Part shown: positions 40,369-52,054 of the stretch, in pieces
How positions within the stretch are numbered: the stretch's first letter is position 1
Layout of the letters: each line of letters opens with the position of its first letter
DNA from: Hamiltosporidium tvaerminnensis FI-OER-3-3
Taxonomy: Eukaryota > Fungi > Microsporidia
Length of the DNA stretch: 64,000 nucleotides
Assembly (NCBI GenBank): GCA_022605425.2
Contig: CM061249.1
Coordinates: 310,001-374,000 of the forward strand
Reading direction: 5' to 3'
Program-made: the position numbers and the translations under genes
The notes under the pieces: generated by a model
Told to the model about the DNA's origin: nothing
Seen by the model: only the letters and a program-made list of their open reading frames with translations
Databases searched by the model: none

Positions 40369-42707
40369 ATGAAATTTAATCAAATCTTTCGATATATAAA
40401 GTTATTTAATAAATCATTTCTTTTCATGCATATTAATCTTTCAAAGGAAATGAATGTAGTATTTAATATATTACATGATACTTAAGAAACTGCTTCGGAA
40501 TTAATGTATAAAGAATTCTCAACGAAATGTTTGTGTCAAATTAAAAGAGATATGCTGAATGAAAGAGACGAATCTATTTATATAGAAAAAATGGCTATTA
40601 GAAATGTTAATTGGCAATATGATAAGTATACTATAAAAAATTTTGAACGAATTGGTTTTGAGTTTGGTGTATTTGAAAGATTTAAAGATATTAGTGAAAA
40701 TACTGAAATCTTTTTATGTGAACATATCATGAAAGTTGATTTTCTAGTTTTTTATGAATATTTACTTTCATATAATTTCCCGGTATATAGAATGACTCTT
40801 GAGAAGTTTTACACATTAATGTATTTTTTAGAATATTTATGAGTTAAACACGATAATAAATTGAGGAATGTGATAAAAATAATTTGGTATTCATTAGTAA
40901 AATCCGAGGAAATAAACAATTTCGATATTGAAAAGGTTTCGTTCCATTTCTCAAAACAAGACTATTTTTCACATAAAATGTTCAAAAAAATATCACAGGA
41001 ATATTTTAAAGTTATAAAATTTGAAATGAATACGTTCAATTCATTTTTTAGTAAAAAAGAAATAAAATGATATTTCTAATAAAGGTAAAGGTTTATATAC
41101 GAGAGAAGGAAAACATGTTTTAACAATAATTAATTACGAATTTGATTTATTTTTTTCGAAAAAAGTGGCTGTGCATCCAAAAAGCAAAAGTTTATTTTTA
41201 ATTTTTCTAAATACATTGGATATAAGGTATTTACATTTCTGCGATCTATACATAAATGATTCAAAGGCGTTTTGTATTATTTTAGAAAGTCTAAAAAAAG
41301 AATAGATGAGATTGTATTCTTTAGGGCCTTCATATATGATGAAACTATTATATCTCTAAATGCTAACTTAAATTTTGTGGATCTAGAAAAAATTGTTTTT
41401 ATATATTGTGATATAGATAAGAAGTATGGTTTTTTTTGATCTTTTGAGCAAAATAAATGAATTGGTGTTTTATGAAGACAATATTTTAAGCAAAAAATAT
41501 TTACCTCATGAAATTAAGGATAAAGAAAATCACAATATAGTTGAGAATATAATAGAGAATCTAAAACGTACCCACCAAAAATTAACACCAGGAGAATCAG
41601 TCCGTCAAAATAAAAAGATAACCGAAGAAAATAAAAATTTCTATTTAAGATTACTTAACGAAAAAAAATTTAAGAATAAAGTTAAAATCTTTGAATCATT
41701 TGATAATGCAGCTCCTTTTTGGCGAACTCCAGAGTTTATATGAATATAATGGGTATTTTAATAATATTTCAATTACCTTAAGCAAATTAAATTCGGAACA
41801 GTTTTTTAAAAGCAAAGATACTATCATTGATAAAAATATTAAAAGAATTGAAATTACAGCTTCAAAAATAACATCTAAATTTCGGACTGAACTTTTAAAT
41901 GTGAATGGACTTGAAAGTCTAGAAATAAATTATTCAGATATATTATTCGAAAGTGACATTTGTGTCAAGAACAAATCTATCAAATATTTTAGATTCTGGA
42001 AAAATAAAGGTGAAATATTTGGTTATTTTTTTGAATTATTAAATATGATGGTGGATCTTAAAGAAGTATTTTTCATGTCAGAAGAAACTTTAAAGTTAAG
42101 CCGGTCTGTAAGTCAAATTTTTTATATTACCGAATTGGAGCTTTTAAATGTTAATAGAATGATTGATTTCTTAAAAATTTTAACCATTAATAAAAATTTT
42201 GACTTAACAGCAGCATATAATGATATTTTGGATTTAGAATGTCCCTCGGATTCAGTAAAGTTTTTATTTAAAAATTATGATCTAAGCAGTATAAATGAAC
42301 TGAGTCTTTATGATTTTTCTATTGATAAATCAAATTTAAAAGCATTTAGTAATTTACTAAATTTAAAAGAATTAAACTTTTTTAGAATTAATTTTGAAAA
42401 TATTTCCCTTTCAGAATTGTTTTGTGCTTCACAGGAATATAAAATAAAAATAATGAGGTTAAAGGAAATAAATATATCTGAAAAGGATCTAATATTTATT
42501 GCGAATTTAAAGAACCTTAAAAAACTCGAATTTGAAAGATGTTATATCCAGCAGAAGACTTATCTCCACTGTATAAAAATGTTGTTCATAAATGAATTTT
42601 ATATCGAACTTACCTATTTTAAACGATTTGGTCAGTTATCAGAAGAAACAATTCAATTTATAAAAGAAGCATTTGGAGTTAAAAATAGTGAAATAAATGT
42701 GATCTAA
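40369..42707 (+). pseudogene. Pseudogene paralog of the 1733-4087 BTB-like/LRR-like protein
   Basis: Starts MKFN at 40369. Fragments 40504-40842, 40861-41070, 41426-41743 and 41691-42707 align in order (CLCQIKRD, IEKVSFHFSKQ, SELFCAS.EYKI, ISEKDLIFIANLK). In-frame stops and frameshifts; shared upstream sequence. Confidence 0.85.
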
Positions 42708-44949
42708 GGCTTTGGGATATAAAAAAAATAAATTTTTTCTTTGTTTAAATTATGAATATTTAGGTTTATAAAGTTTAATGTCATATTTTAATAAAATTCG
42801 GTGTAACAAATTTTCAATCTTTTAAATTATTTCTTCCGCCTTATAAACTACATCATTGTCTTCATCTTTAAAATAAAGAAATTAGAAATATAAGAAAAAA
42901 ATAACAAAAAAACAAACCATAAATGGTTTAAGAAAGGAAGTGAAGACAACTTTAGATGGATAAAAGATATACTTAAAATTTAGGCTTTATATGTGAATAT
43001 CTTTTTTTGTACTTGTGAAATGGTTGATCGCGTAAAATGTATTCTACAGTTAATGAGAGTTTGACAATAAATGCTCTAAAATATATTTATTTATAACTTT
43101 TTTGATTTCTAAATATTAAACAACTAACATTTAAATAGAATATAAATACTTTTTCAATCTGGGAATCTTGTTACATTCTTCGAACATATCTCATCCTTTT
43201 CATATCAAAACAGAGCTCACTGTTTTTTATTTTTAATTAAAAGCAAAATTTAGAATCAAAAAAAACTACCGTTTATCTAATTTTCTACTTTAGATATTCA
43301 AGTTAACCATACGTTGTGTAGAACTGAAATTTTTTAGGATATATTTTAAGGATTATACTTATCAGATAATATTTTTTTTCAAATTACTTTTGAAAGATAA
43401 AGCATGTATGTTCTCTTTGATTTAAAAAAATATGATATATTGTAAAATAATAGTGAGACCAGATTTCATTCATCGATGTGAAGTAATTTTTTGGGATCAA
43501 AGGGTTAGAAGTCGTATAGCATTATATTTTTACAATAAAACATAGCATAGATAATTTTCACTATCTCGCTGCCCTTAATTTAAAACTATTTTTAAAAAAT
43601 ATTCTGTGATATAATCACTTTTGTTTTTATGTGTAACTATCATCGAGTTACAATATGCTTCAAAAATTTCCGGAAGTAAAAGTGATTCGATCATTTTTTT
43701 TAGAAACTATTTAACACAGGGGAAGGATCTTATCAATAAGCATATTGGTAAAACATATTTTTTTATGATTTTGAAAAATTTGATTTTGTAATAGTTTAAC
43801 AAGAAATCAATGAAACTCTCAGAATGTTCAAAGGATTCGGTAGACTTATACATATTAATCAAAAGTCATTATATTCTATATTATTCGAATATTATGCTTT
43901 ACATTATTTAAAAGTACGGGCAAAATTAAAAAAAAAAAACTATAAAGATTTATTGTCTGTTAATGTATATAATTGTTGTTGTGTTTAAATTTTAACCTAA
44001 AACCATTGCATATATTTCACATTCATAGCTATTCTACGATTATAAGTATAGTATATTTGATAATAGTTCAGCTTTCAAATTTATTTTTAGAGCTAGCAAA
44101 TAATTTATTTAAATTATTTCTGTGGTTTTTGATGTATTTAGGCTTCCTGTATAAGTGTTTAAAATGTTTTACACAAATCTAAAAGTATTATATCATTTAT
44201 TTGTTTCAAATTTTTTATTATTTTCTAAAATGACTTATTAGGTTAAATTCCATTTTTTTATAGAGAAAAAATCTACTCCAGTGTGCTATTATGTTTTAAA
44301 TATTATCGTAATTGCTTACAAAAAGCAAAGATGGTTAGTCAATAAAAAAAACGAAAATTTATTGGCTATAGTTACTTTCATATATTCTTCTCCAAAAAAT
44401 ATTTTCTATAGAAATTCACGCATTTAAATATATATTATAAGTTGTTTAATTTATATTTTAACTTGCAAAAATCCGATAACTTCAAAAAACATTGATAAAG
44501 CTTTGGTCAAAAACAATCGTATATCTTCTAATTTCAATTATAATATATATTAGCTTACCTCTATTCATGATACATAATATATCGGTTTATTAAAATGAAA
44601 TTAAATTTTCTTTTCGTGTCTCAGGTTTTAGTTATTTAAAAATACTTTCATGCTATGTTTTCTTTTTCGAAACTATAAATATTAACATTCATCTATGTTC
44701 TATTAAACCTTAATTATAATTATAAAGATTTTCGATCAAATTTAATTCCTTGCAATCCATACATAATATTTTGATCAATATAATAATTCTAGCTATCAAT
44801 ATCAAAATTTTTCAATCAATATCATAATTATTGCAATCAAATAATAAATATTTTTTTAAAAAAAAAGTATAATAGTACAGGGAATTTATTATTCAAAAAT
44901 CACTTACTCTACTTCAGTCTGCTGCGAATACCTTAACATTTTTCTATAA

Positions 44950-46030
44950 AAAGAAATACGATTTTCTCTAGGGATCTTATTAAATTTTTCACATATTAAT
45001 ATTTTCAACTGAGGCTCAGTACAAGCCCTAACTCGAATCACTTTATGTTTCGAGTGTACGAATACATTCTCAATTGGATTAAGAAATATAGCATAACTAG
45101 AAAGGTATTTTATTCAATAAGATGCGATTTCCTCATCATCATCAAATACACGCTAGTGATCAATTCTCGCAAAGTTCATACGAAAATAAGACTAAAATTC
45201 ATTACTGTTGACCACTTTCATTGATATCCTTAAGGAACAATTAGAATTCTCTTTATTTAAAGCCCTCTCATGAATATCATAGTATATACTACCCTATTTG
45301 TTCATTGCTGCGACTAACAAGATATTTATATCTCGAGTGCAGCACAGATAGGTATGCAGATTGGTCTTTCATATTAAGACCTCTAGTGGAGCGTGTTACT
45401 GCCGCAAACCTGTCTTCATTTGAAAAGACAAATTTTTTGTCCTCGTTGTCAACCTCGAACTCACGAAGAATAGTTGCGTAATTGGTCTTGAGCTCAATTG
45501 TCAGAGATGAATTCTTACGGGCATGCAATAATGTTAAACGCATTAGCGGTTAATGGAACTCCCTCGGTGCGTGATCAATTTTACTAGTTGAAACATCAGT
45601 CTTAAATGTACTATTGACTCATTTGCTAACTCATGCAGGTTTTTTGCAAATTCCAAATCCACATAGGCTAGTAAGCTCGCTTTTATTGCCAATTTTAACT
45701 ATGTCTGCCTATCCCTACCTCTTTTTTCGACAAATACTATGTCAGTTTTTTAATATCGTTTAACCATACTGTTAACAGCCTGGTAGTTTATTTGATACAT
45801 TGAGGCAAATGCAGACATAGAATGACCTTGCAATGTCTTGAAATTATGCATTCCCAAATATCATTGAAATCTATTCGTTTCCTCGGGTTGTAATGGTGGT
45901 TAGTGAAAGTTTTTCATCAAGTGACCTCTATGTTTCAACAAGAAAGTCTACACCATTGTCATTTTCGACTTCTATACATCTTAGTGTTGCAATGATATGA
46001 AAACGAAATTCGTTCTCGTCGGTATTTTGA
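44950..46030 (-). mobile_element. Decayed Tc1/IS630-family DDE transposase
   Basis: FVFSNEDRF (FxDE), VMNFARIDH (MDNARIH) and IKYLSSYAIFLNPIENVF (YLPPYSPxLNPIE), with stops. TIRs not confidently found. Confidence 0.8.
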
Positions 46031-46129
46031 GCTGAAAAAGGTTTGAAATGCAAGCAAATTTTTGATGGAATACACAGTTTTTTAAATTTTTATTTGTAAA
46101 AAATATTTTTTATATTGATTGCAAGGATA

Positions 46130-49100
46130 TAAATGGGTAGAAAGAAAAATGTTGGCAGAGAAAAACAAAAATATCAATAAATTAAAGGCTGCAAACGACG
46201 CTGATGAGGTGAATAAAAGTGAGAGTAACATACAAAAATGTGAGCTACACCCACCGGCGAATTCGCAACCTTCCTTCTCCTACACAACAACCACACATCC
46301 ACCACCAAACAAAACATGCAGTAGCATTCAAAATAGTGGGCTTGACACCTTAAAGTCGCCTAATACACCACTTCCCAATTCGGTTGAAGTCTCTGTGTGC
46401 GAGCCATCGTACGACATGACAAACCACTGTGCTCTAGCTATTCTCGAAGGATAACAGGCTAATGGCATTGCGGACGATATTCGATTCCGTAACAGCCGAC
46501 CCGAAGGAATGGCCTCAAGTTGTTTTTTTTGCAGTACAGACAAGGTTTGAAAGAATGCCAAGAAATGGTGGATAGAGCTTCACAGGTACTATAATGAGAA
46601 ATTCGGCTGCACTGAAACTCTCGAAGTGTTAAAAAAATTGGCACAAAGTGAGATGTTAAAGGAAGTAAAATCAGAAGAGAATGGAGAGCGACGTAGCATC
46701 GCCACTTGTCTCGCTGATATATGCACCTTGACCGACACCACGACGTACATAAACCTGAGAGATAAATTCTTGAGTAAAATCAAAGAAATCTCTGAGGACG
46801 AAATTGGAAAAGTGGTGGTCCGAACTAGAAAGCTTCCAAGTGAATTGGTTGACAGTAAATTCTTGGATCTCATTAATATAGTAGTCGGCGAATATGCCAA
46901 AGCTCATATACCTGGGTCAATTCGAAAGCTGCGTATATCATGCAAGCTGTGCAGGTATGCTATGACGAGGCAACACGTAAAGAGAAGCCTAGATCCGCTT
47001 AAATGTAAAACATAAAAAGTAAAATTTCTAAGTTAGTACTTTCCAAAGATCTCCTCGAGAAAGCTCGTAAGCAGGAAAAGCTCTCCACTTCGGAAACGAA
47101 GAGCCTTAAGAAAATCATGCGAGAGTTTAATTTAATCTTGAGCAGCGTAACTGATCTTTCTGAGGCTTTAGTTAAGAAGAATGAGTCTTTGAATGTTTAC
47201 GAGAAAAAAATTACGATGCATAAAAGTAGGAAGCAATTCCGAAAAGAGAATCGTATGTTTGAGCTTTTCTGAGGTCGATTTTATCGTGGGTTATCTGAGC
47301 GTGTAGAAATTGTGCATGTGGTTAGTCGTGATGAAATTGTGAGTTTTTGGTCTACAATGTGGAACAAAAATGATGACACACTCACGTATGATGATTATTG
47401 GTTTCCATTTGTATCAGATAATCATCCGAACACGTTTCTTTTACTTGATGAATTTGTAAATATTATTAATTGGCTCCCTAATTGGAAAGCTGCTGGAATT
47501 GATGGTATTTACAATTTTTTCATTAAGAAACTTACAACTCTACACAAATATCTTTATGATATTGTAAATTTTAAATGTTTAGAAGGAAGAACTCAAGCTG
47601 ATTGGTTTTACAGCGGGCTTACGTATTTGATACCGAAAGGAATTCCACGAAGAGGCTCTGACTACAGGCCAATCACTTGTATGTCCAACCTCTATAAGTT
47701 AACGACTAAGTGTGTAACGAAAGTCGTTCAACTTGAAGTGGAAAGGCGAGGGTTGCTTGCAATGAACTAATTATGGGCGGTAAGAGGCGTGCAGGGAGCG
47801 AAAGAGCAAGCTCTACAGAATATTGCCTTAATAAAGAGTACGGAAACAATCTTAATGGAACATGGATTGACATTAAAAAAGCTTATGATTTAAATGACCA
47901 TGCTTATTTAACATAATGCATTGAAAACCTTTATTTACCTGATTAGATCCTGACATTTAATAATCTAATTATATCAAAATGGAAAATTTATATATCAGTA
48001 GGGCCTGAAAAAATCATGAGCAAGAATATTGAGAGAGTGATTCTGCAAGGAGATAGTTTGTCACCATTGTTATTTGTGTTGTGTATGGATCCATTAAGCC
48101 AAAAACTTAATGAAAAATACACAAAAGTGACAGTACAAACAGATGCAGAATCTCATTCTACTAATCATTGCTTGTTTATTGATGATCTAAAGCTCCTTGC
48201 CAAAGACAGCTCCACATTGAGAGCTATGACAGGCGAGGCAAAGGAATTTTTAGAGGTGATTGGCTTAGAGATTAACAAAGAGAAGTCAGCCACAAATGAT
48301 ACGTGTTGTGAAGATACTGCTACTCTTCTAGAAGGTGTTAGTGTTTACAAATATTTAGGAATAATAGAAGATAGCAGAGGAATCTTAACACTTAGCTCAT
48401 TTGAAGAAGTACAGAGCAAACTTATATCAAGAGTTGAAAGACCACGTCACACTAGATTAAATGCAAAAATTTTTTTTTCTGCAATCAATCAACATGCGAT
48501 ATCGTTAATCAACTACCACATAGGAGTACTTCGACTTGAACCGGCTGACTTCTCTGAGTTAGATGATGCAGTGCGTGCGGTGTTGGTGAAGAATAAGATA
48601 CATCTCCGCCCAGGATGTAAAGAGCGTTTATACCTTCCTAGAATAGAACTTGGAAGAGGCCTACATAGTGTTGAGTTGCGAAGCGAACATATGCTTCTGC
48701 AACTCTCGGATTGTCTGGAAAAAAGTAAAGAAATATCAATTAGACGAACAGCAATCCTCAAGGTAGAGAATAATAATAAAACCCATCTTGCACTAATAAA
48801 AGGCTTCTTAAAAGTAAAGTACAGATTGGTAGAAGAAGTCACTAAGAAAAGTTTAGAAGAAGCTCAACTTGCAAAACTATATAACGAAATAGAAAAACGA
48901 AAACTTTATTCAAATTTATATAATGCAAGAAAAAATGAGCTTGTGAGTGTTAGTGACTCTTCAAGATGGCTAAAGAGAGGAAATATTAGGCCACGAAATG
49001 AATCTGTGTTCTGCAATATCCGGGATAGAAATGTATTCTCGGGAGCAAATAGTGTGTGTCAACATTGCGGGAAGTCTGGTACGACTGTAGATCATCTAGC

Positions 49101-49920
49101 AGCTCGATGTTAAAAAATACTAGACCATGACTACACCAGACGGCATAATGAAGTGCTTAGATGCCTACACTCACTTCTTCTAAATAGATGTAAGTTTTAG
49201 TCCTCAAAACGAATTAGGAGTCACTCAGTTCAAGAAATTCTTGATAATGAGTATGCAGAGGTAAGATTAGACACCAGAATAAAAACTGATGCCAAAATTC
49301 GGAATAACATACCCGAAATATAAATTTTAGATAAGAAGAAGAATAAGATAACACTTATTGAAGTATGAATTCTTGCCGAGATTCACTTCAAATAGTTGAC
49401 ATCGAAAAACGTAGGAAGTATGACCTGCTAGCCAATGAGTTGAGTCTTATTTATAAGTGTAATGTTGAGATAATCCCTTGTGGGATGACCTGAGACGGTA
49501 TTGTGACAAAATACCATAAATCCCATCTTAAAAGACTAGCTATACCCATGAATGTAGAGGCATGCATTCAGTCTATATTACTTAAGAAAACAGGCGAAAC
49601 AATTTCCTTTGATCGAGGAAGAGGACTTGATTCAGGACTAAATGCCGAAGAGAGCTGGGAGAGAGCGTCAATGGGTGTTATTATGAGATCAGAGATGCAT
49701 GAGGAACCAACACCCCCTTTAAAAGGAGAGAAGAGAGAGGAAGATGATGCAAAAAAATTTAAACCAAAAAATAATACACCCCTTATTTCAGAAGGAGAAA
49801 CCCAAGATAAATATAAATGAAGAGTCGGAGTTGGAAAAAGAAACAACAGTGGTAAAAGAGGTAGAAGAAAATGCATAAAAATGATAAAAATATTTTAACC
49901 CAGAATTTCTTAAGTAAAAT
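46130..49920 (+). mobile_element. Near full-length disrupted R4/Dong-like non-LTR retrotransposon (RT, CCHC finger, restriction-like endonuclease)
   Basis: NWKAAGIDGI, DYRPITCMSNLYK, WIDIKKAYD, QGDSLSPLLF, FIDDLKL, YKYLG, CQHC...DHLAARC, YTRRHNEV, degenerate PD..D..IEV and KRRKYDLLA; several stops and frameshifts. Confidence 0.92.
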
Positions 49921-50567
49921 CGATTTTCTTTGATTAAATACAATTTTTACAATAAAAATTAATTTATCTTAAAATAGAAATCAGTTCTATTATAATATAA
50001 TTTTCTTTCTGTATTACCTCTTCTACTCTCATCACTCTCTTTTCATCTTATACTTCTCATACATATTATATTATATTCTTTGTACTCTTTCCCTCTTCTT
50101 TCAATTTTTACTTCTTTTTCATTCTATTTTTTAGAAATTGTTACTAAATTAATCATTAATTATAGAATCAATATTATTCTAAATAATTTTCTTTTTAAAC
50201 ATTTATTTAACTATAAATAGAAATTAAATATAACTTATAGATTAAACAGTATAATCAGTAATTCTTAGAATAAAAAGAACTTATAAATTTTTCTTAAAGA
50301 TAAAAAGATTCGACTAAAATTACCTTTTGGAAATAAAATATTTTTACTCGGTCTTATATATTCATATGGAATGGAATCAAATACAGTTCTTATAATCTTA
50401 GAGTTACACACTTTTATAATTCAATAAGAATATAGAAATATAGCTCCAATATAAATATATTTGAATTTACCTTAATAATCCTTTATATTTCTGCTAAATT
50501 AATTACCAAAAATAGAAAAAAATGATCTTAAAAAATATATATTACAAAAAAACCAATAAAAGGCTCT

Positions 50568-51419
50568 ATGGGTACAAATAGAACAAATATTTACAAAAAG
50601 AGCAACAAACGTATTTATAAATGGTTAATAAATACCTTTATACTTTTTGTTTTAATTATATTTCAACTGACATTTATTTTATTTGTATTTCAAGATAAAT
50701 TTATATATAAAATAAGAAAAGATGATTTTACGATTAGCGAGTATACAGAAACGAAATATTTAGAAAGTAAAGATAATAACTTACAATTATATTACATTAA
50801 TAATAACAGTGATACAGACATTTATGTATTTCATGGGTCATTGGTGTCTTTAAAAGTCCATCAATTAATTTGTAAGAAAATGTGTGGCAAAAAATATAAT
50901 TTAATTACTTTTTTTTATCGTGGATACAACAAAAATGGAGGGAAGTGTAATGAAGTGAATATAATGATAGATACGTATGTTCTTTATAAGTATGTTAGTA
51001 TGTGTAGAAGTAAAAATAAGAAAATTATATTTGGACAATCTTTAGGATGTGCGTCTGCTTTGTATTTTGCTAGTTTGTTTGATAAAAAAACCGATTTAAA
51101 AATTATTTTAGAGAATCCTTTTTATGATATGCAGAGTATAACTAAGAATAGTTGGTTTTTTAAAATACCAAGTTTTATTCTTCATGAGGATTGGCCTAAT
51201 CATTTGCGCATAAACAATTTAATTAATATAAATTTAAAAATACTTTTTATTGTTTCTGAAAAAGATATAATAGTTGATAATAAAGATTCTTATAAACTTA
51301 TGGAAATAAATAAAAAGATTAAAACCTATATTTATGTTTTGAAAGGAGCTACACATTTTGATTGTGGAAAGTTTAAAGAATTTTTTATTACAGTTGATTA
51401 TTTTATCAGTAAAGAATAG
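50568..51419 (+). CDS. Membrane-anchored alpha/beta hydrolase, ABHD13/Bem46-like
   Basis: N-terminal TM helix; FHG, YRGY, GQSLG nucleophile, ILENPF, catalytic D (EKDIIV) and H (ATHFD). Confidence 0.88.
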   Translation: MGTNRTNIYKKSNKRIYKWLINTFILFVLIIFQLTFILFVFQDKFIYKIRKDDFTISEYTETKYLESKDNNLQLYYINNNSDTDIYVFHGSLVSLKVHQLICKKMCGKKYNLITFFYRGYNKNGGKCNEVNIMIDTYVLYKYVSMCRSKNKKIIFGQSLGCASALYFASLFDKKTDLKIILENPFYDMQSITKNSWFFKIPSFILHEDWPNHLRINNLININLKILFIVSEKDIIVDNKDSYKLMEINKKIKTYIYVLKGATHFDCGKFKEFFITVDYFISKE

Positions 51420-51550
51420 AATTTAAGATTTTAAATTATTTAGTTTGGTAAGTGGACTCATATTAACAATAAAGAGTATAATTTAAGATTTTAAATTATT
51501 TAATTTGATTACTGGACTCATATTATCCTTAAAGAATAGAATTTAAAATT
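51411..51550. repeat. 60-bp tandem repeat (~2.3 copies) starting at the last codons and stop of the hydrolase gene
   Basis: aaaga..a.aatttaa recurs at 51411, 51471 and 51531; ggactcatatta recurs in the first two units. Confidence 0.85.
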
Positions 51551-51865
51551 CTTTGCTTTTTTAGGTAATTAAAAGTAATTTATTAAATTATAAATTTTTA
51601 TATTAAATAATTCTTTTATTCGAGAAATTATTAATGGATTATCTATTTTAATAAAAATAAATTAAAAATTTTTATATATTAGAATAAGTATTTTTTAAAA
51701 ATAGTAAAATTAAATTTTAAATTAATGTAAAATATTCATTCTTACAAAAAATACTAAATTTGCAAAATAAAATTTAAAAAAAATTTAATCAAATTAAAAA
51801 AATCATTTTATAAAATAACTATCAACTTTTCAAAGTTAAAAACAAATTAATTCTAAAAGGAAGAA

Positions 51866-52054
51866 TCATAAATTCTTTACCAAAATATTACTAAATTTCT
51901 CAATTTTAATCATAGTTATTCTAAAAAACATTTTTATTTTCACAATAATTCATAAATTCTAAAAATAATTACTAAATTTCTCAACTTTAATCATACTTAT
52001 TCTAAAAAACATTTTTATTTTCACAATAATTCATAAATTCTTTACCAAAATATT
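51866..52054. repeat. ~81-84-bp tandem repeat (~2.3 copies) spanning the POL1 stop codon
   Basis: ctaaaaaacatttttattttcacaataattcataaattct at 51921 and 52002; cataaattctttaccaaaatatt at 51867 and 52032. Confidence 0.85.

Noticed and set aside
40369-49920. Stop-codon reassignment explaining the many interrupted ORFs
   Set aside because: TAA, TAG and TGA all occur together with frameshifts, while core genes read through in the standard code; this is decay, not recoding.
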